This document shows, piece after piece, positions 1 through 8,983 of a stretch of 59,145 nt of DNA (positions are counted from its first letter, which is position 1; each line of letters opens with the position of its first letter). The position numbers and the translations under genes were made by a program. The stretch is from the IMG/VR virus record IMGVR_UViG_3300012953_000034, positions 1 to 59,145 of that record. The stretch is one strand, 5' to 3'. Below the pieces are notes generated by a model that was not told the DNA's origin, did not search any database, and was given only the letters and a program-made list of their open reading frames with translations. The DNA is from a virus. Its lineage: Duplodnaviria > Caudoviricetes.

Positions 1-182
1 CTTGTATCTGTGGCATCGATGGCCTTTTTCTTTTGATAGAGAAGATTCTCTTCTCTTGATAGCTGCTGTAAGCGTTTTTCTAATTTAGCCGGGTCCTCAG
101 CAGGCGTGTTTGAGCCCGGGCCCACGGCGCCCTTGCTGAGGGCCTGGATTGCCTTAACAACATCATCAAGTGTAGCAGCCAT
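1..182 (-). CDS. N-terminus of probable tape measure protein (runs off the window)
   Basis: ATG at 182 reads MAATLDDVVKAIQALSKG...LEKRLQQLSREENLLYQKKKAIDATDT, open to the window edge and helical-looking; AAGGA upstream; position after tube and chaperone genes is the usual tape measure slot. Confidence 0.5.
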   Translation of the reverse strand, partial: MAATLDDVVKAIQALSKGAVGPGSNTPAEDPAKLEKRLQQLSREENLLYQKKKAIDATDT

Positions 183-220
183 AACTAAGCGTATTCCTTT
201 ACGTAGTAATTAGTTCCTAC

Positions 221-247
221 AAAAAAAGACAAGGTTTTCACCTTGTC
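221..247 (-). terminator. Rho-independent terminator
   Basis: Minus strand GACAAGG-tgaaaa-CCTTGTC followed by T7, overlapping the stop codon of the gp51-like ORF. Confidence 0.7.
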
Positions 248-491
248 AGTAAGTTTTACTATAATTCCGCGGAGCCGGTGGAGAGTTGGCCTCATTCAGA
301 GTGTAGGTTTGGTTTTTTTGATTTCCGGAAGAACTGCTGGCTTGGTCAATCGCTTCTTTTTCTGCTTCAAGCTGTTTTATCAGGCGCTCAACAAACCACT
401 TTCTCAAACCAACCGGCAAGTTGTACGCTTCTGATAGCGACCATCCACCCGAGTATTTCAAAAAGAAAAACTGCTCGTATACATTCTCCAT
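246..491 (-). CDS. gp51-like baseplate hub/tail assembly chaperone, C-terminal part (possibly reached by frameshift from the upstream gene)
   Basis: MENVYEQFFFLKYSGGWSLSEAYNLPVGLRKWFVERL resembles the short gp51-like proteins that follow gp26 in T4-like phages; frame is open upstream to 572; no SD before ATG 491. Confidence 0.6.
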   Translation of the reverse strand: MENVYEQFFFLKYSGGWSLSEAYNLPVGLRKWFVERLIKQLEAEKEAIDQASSSSGNQKNQTYTLNEANSPPAPRNYSKTY

Positions 492-495
492 ATAA

Positions 496-1356
496 TCAGG
501 AGTTAGGCCAAAAAAAGTCCGCAGAAAGCGGAACCTCCAGTGTATTCTCGTAATCGCAGTTTCCGCACTCAAAATGTTGACTTAAATCGATATTTGGGCT
601 AGCCGCCTTATATGCTGTTCGAAGATGGCGCGCATCAATTGAGGGGATGTTTTCAACCAAGTAACTGATGGCTTCTCGGGTTGTATTGCCGTTAACTGCC
701 ACAATCATGTTAACTAATTGTCTCGTAATCCCTCTTTCGTGTACGTTCTTGTTTTTACGATCATCCTCAATACCACGCAACAGTCGTTTTTCGTCAGCAC
801 CAGTTAATAGTCGAAATGTAACCTCTAAATTTGTTTTTGGCAGAATCGTATTGAAAGTACCGTCCGTATTGTCGGTTGAAATATAAGCACTATCACTTTC
901 TGCTGGTGTCGATTCGACGCGTGCTAAATCAAACGTATACTCCTGCACAGTACCGCAGGCTGGGCACGTTACTTTTGTCGTATACTCATTTCCGTAAGCT
1001 GATATTCTAGCTGCAATGATCAAGGCGTTCTTGTCTCCCACAAGAAGAGAATTTGGATCAATAGACTTGTTTACAATTAGGCTTTGGATAACCCGGTCAA
1101 GCGCAACGCCCTTCTTAAGGAGGGTGCGGGAAGTCAGCATATCCTCTTCCTTTGCTGTCATTTGCTTGATCTCAATCGTATCTTCGCCATGCAAAGGGTG
1201 GGCGGACGCGTAATACGCTCCTCCCGAAGGAAGTTCTACGAACTCAGTAGGAACAATGAATGAAAAATCATTAGATTCCGAATTTGTAATTAATTGATCG
1301 GTAGACGCCGACTCGGGTTGTGGCGGTGCGCCTACTCTATTACTGTTTCTCGACAA
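496..1356 (-). CDS. T4 gp26-like baseplate hub assembly chaperone
   Basis: VELPSGG...MTAKEEDML...GDKNALIIAARISAYG...CPAC and CGNC zinc motifs, ends FFWP; GAGG SD before TTG start. Confidence 0.8.
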   Translation of the reverse strand: MSRNSNRVGAPPQPESASTDQLITNSESNDFSFIVPTEFVELPSGGAYYASAHPLHGEDTIEIKQMTAKEEDMLTSRTLLKKGVALDRVIQSLIVNKSIDPNSLLVGDKNALIIAARISAYGNEYTTKVTCPACGTVQEYTFDLARVESTPAESDSAYISTDNTDGTFNTILPKTNLEVTFRLLTGADEKRLLRGIEDDRKNKNVHERGITRQLVNMIVAVNGNTTREAISYLVENIPSIDARHLRTAYKAASPNIDLSQHFECGNCDYENTLEVPLSADFFWPNS

Positions 1357-1407
1357 TATACACCTCTATGATTGTTTTTAGTATAACACAGTTAAATAAT
1401 TATTGTA

Positions 1408-2001
1408 CTACGATTGGAAGAAACTTGTCGTCTGGTCGCCAAGGGTTGCGCGAGAGACGCCACCCATAGTCTGAAGTCTAGCCCAGTCGTAACGAAGAGT
1501 GACACTCATCTCTACAAGGTCATCGTTTCCATATGCCAAGTCACCATACTTGATATCAGAAATAAAAGCATTCCAAAGAGTCCATTTTTCAATTTCGTTT
1601 CCTTCGCCATCAAGCTGGGTAATGAAAACTGCCCCCAGAGCGCCGGCGGCACGTGATTTAGACATAGAACCAAGAGAGTTGGGGTTAGATGGAGGAGTAT
1701 ATCCCGACAAGTTAATAATGTCCGACAATGTAGCGGTCATATCTGGATCGCGAGGATCAACAAGCGTCACAGTAATCTCGTTCCACTTAACAGCGCCCGG
1801 ATAGTAAAAAGTGTGGTTCAGGTATTGGTGCTCTGCAGAGTTAATGGTGAAAGAAGGCTTGTTTGCCGTCTTTGCATACCACATCAAGGGTCCACCTTGT
1901 GGGGCGCTAATCCCCGTAAATTGGACCGTAAATCTAAATTGTCTTTTCGGATCCTGAAGGTTGGTACCCTCTTCACCGAAGTTGTCTGACCAGAATGGCA
2001 T
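1408..2001 (-). CDS. Tail tube protein (T4 gp19-like)
   Basis: DPKRQFRF, KPSFT, YYPGAVKW, IEKWTLWNAF, YGDLAY, LRYDWA motifs; directly downstream of the sheath gene. Confidence 0.9.
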   Translation of the reverse strand: MPFWSDNFGEEGTNLQDPKRQFRFTVQFTGISAPQGGPLMWYAKTANKPSFTINSAEHQYLNHTFYYPGAVKWNEITVTLVDPRDPDMTATLSDIINLSGYTPPSNPNSLGSMSKSRAAGALGAVFITQLDGEGNEIEKWTLWNAFISDIKYGDLAYGNDDLVEMSVTLRYDWARLQTMGGVSRATLGDQTTSFFQS

Positions 2002-2075
2002 TTGTTAGGTTCTCCTGTTTAAGTGCTCTAAATTTAATTAGTGGGGTGGGGGGAAATCCCCCCTCATTTATTCGA

Positions 2076-5000
2076 TTAGTCGTCGAACGATGCACCGGTT
2101 GAAGCAATCACAAAGTCAATCGCGATATATTCAATGGCACGTGCTGGCTTGACCATGATCTTAGCATATAAAATGTTTTGATCAATCAAGTCTGGGGTTG
2201 TTGTCGATTCATCGAGAATCAGCTTATAATCAGAGATACCGAAGTTGCTCTTCACGTTTGCCAAGAATGGCTCGACTAAGCCGATGAAACGGTTCCAAGT
2301 AGTTTGGACATTTTGCTCAAAGAGGATTTTGGTTGAAATAACCGAAATTTGCTTCTTGAGGTAAATTACCAGTCGGCGTACATTGATTCTATCAAGTGCA
2401 GATTGGCGTGTTTGAAGGGTCTTCTGACCGAATACTACGATCCCACTGGATGGGAACGATGCAATTGGGTTGATATTGGCTTCGTAAAGGATATCTCTCT
2501 CCTTAGACGTAAGCTTCTGAGTAACTGCAGAAACCGGAATCCCAGCGGCACCATCAGTGAGGCCACCGCGGTTGAAGCCCGCGGGCGCGAACCAAAGTTG
2601 TGCTTTGCGCTCAGAACTCGCGAGTACACCCATCATTGCCACGGATGGTGGCACCCAGAGCGCAGCTCCGGAGTTTTCATCGCGTGTCTGAACCCAAGGA
2701 TAGAAGGTGGCTCCATAAGATGAGTCTATTCTTCTGTCTCTGAGAGCCGTGGCTGCCTGAGTCGGCGTAGATGCCAGACGTTCGGCTGCTGTGGAAGCTC
2801 CAGTATAGTTTCCTTCGGCTGTCGGCAAGTAGACGTCCGGCAGGTCGATTAGAGCCATTGCATCAGCGCGCTCTTCGCAAAGGTTAACCATATGCTGAGT
2901 CAGAGAGTCTCGGGTAAGACCGGGAGCCGCTAAAAGATTCATATCAATTTGCTCTGGGTCGGCCAAAGTATCAAGGGCGCGCTTCCAAGAGTAATAAATG
3001 CTACTGTTACGCTCCGTCGATGCAGCTGCCATACCGCCATTCCATAGCGGATCGGGAAGTTTGATATTAAAGCCGTCAAATCCACCCCAGAGAGGTACAG
3101 TGAATGCATCGTGGCCGGCCTTCAAGAGATCCTTGTAAGTCTTGCCAGATTGCGCAGTGTAGCTCGAGCCATCAAGTCGGGAACCAGAGCGGTAGAACAT
3201 GTTGTTAACGTTTCCGCTCATTACAAGGTTATCCATAGAGAAGACATATGCGTACCCATCAATACCGGCAATAGTGCCAGCAGTTGGATCACTAGTATCC
3301 TTCATTGCTCGGCTCAGAAGTCGCTGAACGCTCGGAGTGCTTCTATCGAATGTGCTTGAGCCAGATGCGCGTGTGTATTGGGCACCGAAGAAAGCACGTG
3401 CTGGATTAGTGATACCTCCATCAGATGCCGAGTGGCGCAGGCGCACACTTGGGAATCGCAAGGCTACTAATGTTCCAACGCCGTCGCCATCAGCCGATGC
3501 GGTTGCAACCGTTCCAGCGCCACTCAGAGCGTAAACTCCGCCGGGCCCAAAAACGGTTTCAGTGGTGGAGCCAGTACCAATTGTTATGTAGGTGGATCCG
3601 ACCGCGGTTCGGGAAGACCTCATAGATCCTGTCGTTACCAGTACATTCTCTGCATCTTTATATTTTGGTGGCCCATAGTAACCGAACGGAAGGAGTGTTT
3701 CGAGACCGGATGCGCCAGCAGCCACTTCAGGATTCATATCGACATAGATGAACTTAGACTGATTCGGGTATTCACCATAGCTGCGTAACCTCTTCTCTGT
3801 CTCATTCCAAGTCTGGAATTGATCTCCTATCTTGCGGGCAATGTAATTTGGAGACGTGGGATCAAGATTCAGGTTGTCGAACCTTTCTAAGATCTGAATG
3901 GCGTTATCCGAATCGGAAATATTTCTTATTAATACCGAGAAGCTACCATAGTCTGTGGTACTAGTGTTCGACTGTCTCACATTATCAATAGAAATCTTGA
4001 CGTTTTTGCCAAGCCATGCGCCATGGCCGCGGCCAACAAAGCGGAACAGCTTTTGCATATCTTCGGGCACGAAGTCGGCGGATGTACCTAGATCTTGTCC
4101 AATAAGCCAGTTTGTGCGTGCTTCGCGGGCATTGCAGCCTACCATATTGGCCGGGGTGTTATCCGTGTCCATCTCGACACTGCCGCTCAGACCTAAAGGC
4201 ACCACAACTCCAACCAGGGTAGACGTAAGGCTTCCGTTCTTTTCTTCACATAAGTCACGGGTTTCCTGATCGTAAGTCTCCCCAAGCCAATAGTCTTTAA
4301 GGGAGGCTTCGGGGTAGAAGTTTCCGGAATTGAACAATTGGGGATTGGTGTTGAATACCTCGCGAATATATGTATCGGCATTGTCGCTAAGGCTGAAAAG
4401 ATACTTCTTGGTTGTGCCATCGCCGGAAGTGTGTTGGGCCGTAAAGACACCGTTGGCATCCGAAAGCACAGTACCTCCAACACCAACAACATTATCTAAA
4501 CCTTTTTCAACAGAACTCGTCAAAGCGCCGTTGCTCCACATTGTTCCCGAAAGCCCCATAACACCGGCGTCCAGGTACCACACAGCTGCGAGTGTTCCAG
4601 TTGCATAGGTAGTTCCTGAGCCAGTTAAAGTGAATGAAGCTGACGGCCAAACAAAAAGTCCGAAGGCGCCACCACCGCGTTTGTTGGTACCATCGGCAAG
4701 GCCAAGAGTTCGCCAACCAGCGTTAGAGGCATAATCGGGAGATGTAGCTGTCTCGGCTTGAGGGTGTTGATGCCCTAAAACACGTACATATGTGAGCGGG
4801 GCAACATTAGATGCTAAAAATGCCTTTGAGGCATAAGTCCCATAAACCGGCGACTGAAGGCTTAGGCCATCTCGATAGACGTCACCGCCGGCCTTTCCGG
4901 GTATGGTGTCTCCGAACATATTAACGAAATCGGAGTAAGCTTCCACTTTTACTGGCTGCATCGAAAGGCCGCGGCGGGCGCGACCGACTACGGCAGGACC

Positions 5001-5090
5001 AATAGCTGTTGGGGAGCGGGGGATAAAGGAGTTATCAATCTCGTTGATAAAAACTCCAGGAGATACGAACTTAAAATTCTTCACTGACAT
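2076..5090 (-). CDS. Contractile tail sheath protein (T4 gp18-like) with large insertion domains
   Basis: N-terminal FVSPGVFINEID; C-terminal WFAPAGFNRG, INPIASFP, FGQKTLQ, ALDRINVRRL, KPARAIEYI. Confidence 0.95.
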   Translation of the reverse strand: MSVKNFKFVSPGVFINEIDNSFIPRSPTAIGPAVVGRARRGLSMQPVKVEAYSDFVNMFGDTIPGKAGGDVYRDGLSLQSPVYGTYASKAFLASNVAPLTYVRVLGHQHPQAETATSPDYASNAGWRTLGLADGTNKRGGGAFGLFVWPSASFTLTGSGTTYATGTLAAVWYLDAGVMGLSGTMWSNGALTSSVEKGLDNVVGVGGTVLSDANGVFTAQHTSGDGTTKKYLFSLSDNADTYIREVFNTNPQLFNSGNFYPEASLKDYWLGETYDQETRDLCEEKNGSLTSTLVGVVVPLGLSGSVEMDTDNTPANMVGCNAREARTNWLIGQDLGTSADFVPEDMQKLFRFVGRGHGAWLGKNVKISIDNVRQSNTSTTDYGSFSVLIRNISDSDNAIQILERFDNLNLDPTSPNYIARKIGDQFQTWNETEKRLRSYGEYPNQSKFIYVDMNPEVAAGASGLETLLPFGYYGPPKYKDAENVLVTTGSMRSSRTAVGSTYITIGTGSTTETVFGPGGVYALSGAGTVATASADGDGVGTLVALRFPSVRLRHSASDGGITNPARAFFGAQYTRASGSSTFDRSTPSVQRLLSRAMKDTSDPTAGTIAGIDGYAYVFSMDNLVMSGNVNNMFYRSGSRLDGSSYTAQSGKTYKDLLKAGHDAFTVPLWGGFDGFNIKLPDPLWNGGMAAASTERNSSIYYSWKRALDTLADPEQIDMNLLAAPGLTRDSLTQHMVNLCEERADAMALIDLPDVYLPTAEGNYTGASTAAERLASTPTQAATALRDRRIDSSYGATFYPWVQTRDENSGAALWVPPSVAMMGVLASSERKAQLWFAPAGFNRGGLTDGAAGIPVSAVTQKLTSKERDILYEANINPIASFPSSGIVVFGQKTLQTRQSALDRINVRRLVIYLKKQISVISTKILFEQNVQTTWNRFIGLVEPFLANVKSNFGISDYKLILDESTTTPDLIDQNILYAKIMVKPARAIEYIAIDFVIASTGASFDD

Positions 5091-5143
5091 GGTTTGGCAA
5101 TCCTCTTAAATAATAATTGTCTAAAGACGCAATAATCATTACC

Positions 5144-5151
5144 TAAATAGT
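5144..5151 (-). promoter_or_regulatory. Putative late promoter ACTATTTA (sheath)
   Basis: One of 12 intergenic copies of ACTAHTTA or a 1-nt variant upstream of late-type genes. Confidence 0.6.
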
Positions 5152-5206
5152 ATTTTGCTTTTCAAAAGGAGGAAGAGATAATAGAAAAAGCGCTTTAGTT
5201 CCTGAA

Positions 5207-6082
5207 TTAATCTTCCAAAAACGATGGCTCTCCAGGAATTACGCCCGATTCGCGCGGGAATGTCACTTCTACCACCGACTCTTCAATTTTAACGAGAGGC
5301 CGATCATCATTGTCACCTTCTCCGATTAAATACCCCAAAATCCGTAGATTAATCGTTGTTTCAAACATTCTCAGATCTTCGTTGAGGTCGGACATATTGT
5401 TATTATGAGTAAAACTTTGATCTATAAATGCTTCATAGATGTGACCATTGCGCTTGAGCAAAAATGAGTTAATCTGGCCCGTTCTTGTCATAAAAGGCTG
5501 CATCAATTGATTCATTTGCTGTTGATATTCAGTTTTTATTACTATTTTATATTCTACATTCACATACACTGGGATAGGTATCGACAAGGTCTGTATTACA
5601 ACTTGTTTGTTAATACGGGGATAGTAATCCTGAAGCTTGCCGCCATTGTTTGTCCTGGTTCCTGTGGCTACCGCAAAATTGCGTGTTTTGTCTTGCTTTA
5701 TTTTTTTAGCTATTACCATACGTCCGGAACGTCCTTTTTGATCTTGACTAAAAGTATTAGCTTGAAAGCTACCTTTTCTTTCGGGATCTTTTATAATGCC
5801 CGTTCGTTCAATACTGACCGCTGGTAGTATAAGCGCGCCTTCATCATCACGTAGTGCACGATTAGACTTTACCTGAAAGGCTCTCTCCGGAGTTTGCCAG
5901 AATACCGGTACCTTTTCAAATCCCCTGTTGCTTTTTGCTCTTAAACCAATATCTTCTTTAAGCCAAGAAACAATAGAATAGTCGATACTCTCGATTGTAG
6001 AGGCTAGCATCCCTATTTCTTCTAATGTGGCACTTGTGGCGCCAGGAGGTAATTGCGCGAAATCAAAATTATCAGGTAGCAT
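5207..6082 (-). CDS. Tail terminator / sheath stabiliser (T4 gp15-like)
   Basis: Lies between neck and sheath genes; VPVFWQTPER, LILPAVSIER, PIPVYVNVEY motifs; start moved to ATG 6082, overlapping the gp14 stop. Confidence 0.65.
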   Translation of the reverse strand: MLPDNFDFAQLPPGATSATLEEIGMLASTIESIDYSIVSWLKEDIGLRAKSNRGFEKVPVFWQTPERAFQVKSNRALRDDEGALILPAVSIERTGIIKDPERKGSFQANTFSQDQKGRSGRMVIAKKIKQDKTRNFAVATGTRTNNGGKLQDYYPRINKQVVIQTLSIPIPVYVNVEYKIVIKTEYQQQMNQLMQPFMTRTGQINSFLLKRNGHIYEAFIDQSFTHNNNMSDLNEDLRMFETTINLRILGYLIGEGDNDDRPLVKIEESVVEVTFPRESGVIPGEPSFLED

Positions 6083-6560
6083 CAAAAAGTCCCTTTCTGG
6101 CGCGCCTACAGGTCGCGGCAATTTCAAAAGTGTGGCCAACTTGACCAAAAAGCTTTCGAGGTTCCGATAATTTAACTATCTCGTAATATGTTTTACCGTA
6201 TAAAATAAAATCTCCTTCGCGAGCAAACAAATCCTGATCCTCTGTTAGGCGCCGTTTGTGAAAATACACAGTTACTGTTGAATCAGAATCGACACCAATA
6301 CCTTGAAGATAGCTGGTGGCCTCATCATTGAATTCGACCAAAGCATATATACGAAGAGGGGGAAGGTATGTTTTCTCAATCGCCTCTCCATACATATCAT
6401 GAAACCGTGTGGCCTCCAAGTCGATAGGGTAATACAAAATTTGTTGACCAATGACCTTTTCTATAAGCTCATCGTTAACTTGCTTAACAAGATCTCGCTC
6501 TTTTTTACCTAAAAAGAGGGGTGGAGGCGGCTGTTCTGGTCTGTTCCATTCGTCTGACAT
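6072..6560 (-). CDS. Neck protein / head closure (T4 gp14-like)
   Basis: GQQILYYP, DMYGE, EGDFILY motifs; follows the gp13-like gene. Confidence 0.75.
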   Translation of the reverse strand: MSDEWNRPEQPPPPLFLGKKERDLVKQVNDELIEKVIGQQILYYPIDLEATRFHDMYGEAIEKTYLPPLRIYALVEFNDEATSYLQGIGVDSDSTVTVYFHKRRLTEDQDLFAREGDFILYGKTYYEIVKLSEPRKLFGQVGHTFEIAATCRRARKGLFDAT

Positions 6561-6565
6561 CTATC

Positions 6566-7840
6566 CTACCCCACAAAAATTGGCAATGGCGAATTTTTAA
6601 ACACATTTTGTGTTGCATCCGTCGTTTCAGAATCGTATTTAACGAGTTCTTTGTATTCAGTCTCTTTCAGCATCTCCATCAGCTTATCTTTTAACTGAAG
6701 CTGTTCATCTTTTGCTTGTGACAGCAATTCTGTATGGTTTAGTGTGACGCTTTCTCCCGGAATGGGAATCGTTTGGAACTTTCCGCGTATTTGGCCTAAC
6801 ATCTCCTTACACAGTGCTAAGCAATATTTTCTAATCCACTGCTTACCGATAGCATTGATGTTTGCATAGGGGATATTATCGAAAGGTAAAGTGTTAAGAT
6901 TGTTTACGCCGTGCACACCGTCATTGTATCCTGCATTAGATGAAAATACGTTCATGTCTTCAACATAAAACCGAACCCATATGCGATCTAAATCGCCGAA
7001 ATCCCAGTGACCCGGTTCTGGATATATTCTTAGCTTGTTGTCTATAATTTCGTATGAATAATGTGATGTACGTGTGTAGATATTATCTTCATACATTATG
7101 GCTTGCATCTTGTTTTGCCACGAAGGAACAATTTCAAATGTTGAATCATCAGCAAACTGGCCATATGTATTAAGGTTGCCCACAACACCCAAACCACCAT
7201 AGTATCCAAAGAAGCGCCACATTGCGCGCGGTGTCTTGTAGAAAACTTTAGTTATAACAACCCGATCGTCCCCCACCTTGCCAGCAAACGGTACGGCGTT
7301 TCCAGAATCATCAACACCATCTGAAGATGCTGTTTCGATAATATTCTGTAGATCATAGTCTTGCTGTTTTGTCACCGGCTTGAAAGAAGCCGAATATTCC
7401 GGTAAGGTTCCACCGTATCCACCAATTGACGCCATCGAATCAGCTACTTTGTTTGCATAGCCAGATCTAAATCTTGGGTACCGCAAGTTGCCGCTAACAG
7501 GGCCACTGATTAGAGTTCCGTCATGATTAAATGTCCCGGTCGTGTTGCCTAGAGCATTGGAAAGAACATTCTTTCCCTGATGCATGTTAATAATGTAAGA
7601 ATACTCTAATACTGCTTCTTCATATGCAGCATAAACATTAGAAGGTGTCAGTTCAATATCAACAACATCGCCACCGAGCTTTTTGTACACATAAGCAACT
7701 TGATCAGAAGCACCACTAAGGAATGGAACAGAAGCTGTATATATGCCGAAAGGGCACGCGCCAGAGACAGCTAATGCTGAACCCGTTGAGGTTAAAACAA
7801 TAGCACTAGTGGTAGATTTGGGATTTAAGTTTGTCGGCAC
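6566..7840 (-). CDS. Neck protein / head-tail adaptor (T4 gp13-like)
   Basis: KKLGGDVVDIELT, WIRKYCLALCKEMLGQIRGKF, PGESVTLN, ends PLPIFVG; GGAGG SD before GTG. Confidence 0.85.
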   Translation of the reverse strand: MPTNLNPKSTTSAIVLTSTGSALAVSGACPFGIYTASVPFLSGASDQVAYVYKKLGGDVVDIELTPSNVYAAYEEAVLEYSYIINMHQGKNVLSNALGNTTGTFNHDGTLISGPVSGNLRYPRFRSGYANKVADSMASIGGYGGTLPEYSASFKPVTKQQDYDLQNIIETASSDGVDDSGNAVPFAGKVGDDRVVITKVFYKTPRAMWRFFGYYGGLGVVGNLNTYGQFADDSTFEIVPSWQNKMQAIMYEDNIYTRTSHYSYEIIDNKLRIYPEPGHWDFGDLDRIWVRFYVEDMNVFSSNAGYNDGVHGVNNLNTLPFDNIPYANINAIGKQWIRKYCLALCKEMLGQIRGKFQTIPIPGESVTLNHTELLSQAKDEQLQLKDKLMEMLKETEYKELVKYDSETTDATQNVFKNSPLPIFVG

Positions 7841-7860
7841 GCATTAGCCCTCCTGTTTGT

Positions 7861-8109
7861 TTACTTGCTTTTTGTTGTGCGTCTGTTGGTTGTTTTTTGA
7901 GCTTTGGCTGTTTTGCTGGTCTTTTTTGTTTTCGCCGTTTTGGTGGTTGACGCAGAGACTTTGACTGGTTCGCGGGGTGCTTCTTCTGCTACTTCTACCT
8001 CTGCTACCTCAATTTTTGGTGCTGATTCTTCCAGTGCAGGTGGCGTAGCGTCGACTTGCTGTTCAGCATTTCTTCTCAGCCTTAAAATACGTTTCCATTT
8101 TTTACCCAT
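7861..8109 (-). CDS. Small protein with basic termini and Lys/Thr-rich tail
   Basis: 82 aa ORF with AGGAG SD and upstream ACTATTTA motif. Confidence 0.6.
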   Translation of the reverse strand: MGKKWKRILRLRRNAEQQVDATPPALEESAPKIEVAEVEVAEEAPREPVKVSASTTKTAKTKKTSKTAKAQKTTNRRTTKSK

Positions 8110-8220
8110 GATATATTCTCCTATATGTATAAAGGTACCTAATAAATAGTTTGCCGTCCCACAAAAGTGAAAATCTCAAAAATTTACCGGCGAAAAAATT
8201 TGAAGGATCGGTGTTTTCAA

Positions 8221-8247
8221 AAAAAATGCCCTCATTGAAGAGGGCAT
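8221..8247 (-). terminator. Rho-independent terminator
   Basis: ATGCCCTC-6 nt-GAGGGCAT stem followed by a T run on the minus strand. Confidence 0.7.
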
Positions 8248-8269
8248 CTTGTATAATTTTATAAGCAGT

Positions 8270-8854
8270 CTAGTTGCCGCCGGCGTAATCAAACTCCACG
8301 ATGAAAGTGAATGCTCCACCTGTGAAATTACCGCCCGCTGCGATTACACGCATATGAAGCTCTGCAGCACCAGAGCACCATGCTGCGGTATCTGGTTGTT
8401 GCACAAGCGGAGCGTCTGCGGTTAATGCTGTGGCCAAAGCTGTGTCTGTTGAGGTTCCAACTCCGCCGTTTACACTGGTGCCAGTTTCGAAAATGACTGC
8501 AGCAGCATAGTCAGTTCCCGCAGCCGTGGTGCCGGCTTGGACTGTAACGTTGCCGCTACCTTGGGTTGATGCTGTGCTGCAAACAACAGTCAGCTTGGTA
8601 ATCAAGGAATTTCCGGGGATATAAATTGCCCCTGAATCGATATTTGGCGAGCCGGCCGAGAAGGCTACTACCTTGGAGACTACGTTTTTGCCGTTAATGT
8701 AAGCACCCGATGCGTTTGTGTGCGTTTGAACACCAGTGACACCGAGAGTGGTAGCATTGACGGTGGCGAGTGTGGCTTCCGTAGCGGTAACACTCTCTTG
8801 AGTGAATTTCTTAAGCAGAGCGTTAAGACGGTCTTTATTCTGATTAAATGGCAT
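8270..8854 (-). CDS. Putative head decoration / virion protein
   Basis: Ala/Thr/Gly-rich 194 aa protein directly after the capsid gene, with its own late-type motif (8907-8914) and AGGAG SD. Confidence 0.5.
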   Translation of the reverse strand: MPFNQNKDRLNALLKKFTQESVTATEATLATVNATTLGVTGVQTHTNASGAYINGKNVVSKVVAFSAGSPNIDSGAIYIPGNSLITKLTVVCSTASTQGSGNVTVQAGTTAAGTDYAAAVIFETGTSVNGGVGTSTDTALATALTADAPLVQQPDTAAWCSGAAELHMRVIAAGGNFTGGAFTFIVEFDYAGGN

Positions 8855-8926
8855 TGTGAAGAGTCTCCTTTTGGGCTAAATGTGTAATAAATACTCTTTT
8901 CTCTATTAAGTAGTATCGTCACATAC

Positions 8927-8955
8927 AAAAGCCCCCGTCAAATGACGGGGGCTTT
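8927..8955 (-). terminator. Rho-independent terminator after the major capsid gene
   Basis: AAAGCCCCCGTCA / TGACGGGGGCTTT perfect inverted repeat with T tail. Confidence 0.85.
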
Positions 8956-8983
8956 ATATTTAGTCAGCGTTACTGATTATTTA

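Noticed and set aside
1380-1410. sigma70 promoter for the gp26-like gene
   Set aside because: Extended -10 (TGtTATACT) is present but there is no convincing -35 in AT-rich sequence
2043-2064. G6-N4-C6 hairpin between sheath and tube as a terminator
   Set aside because: No U tract on the coding strand; may be a stabilising stem but cannot be called
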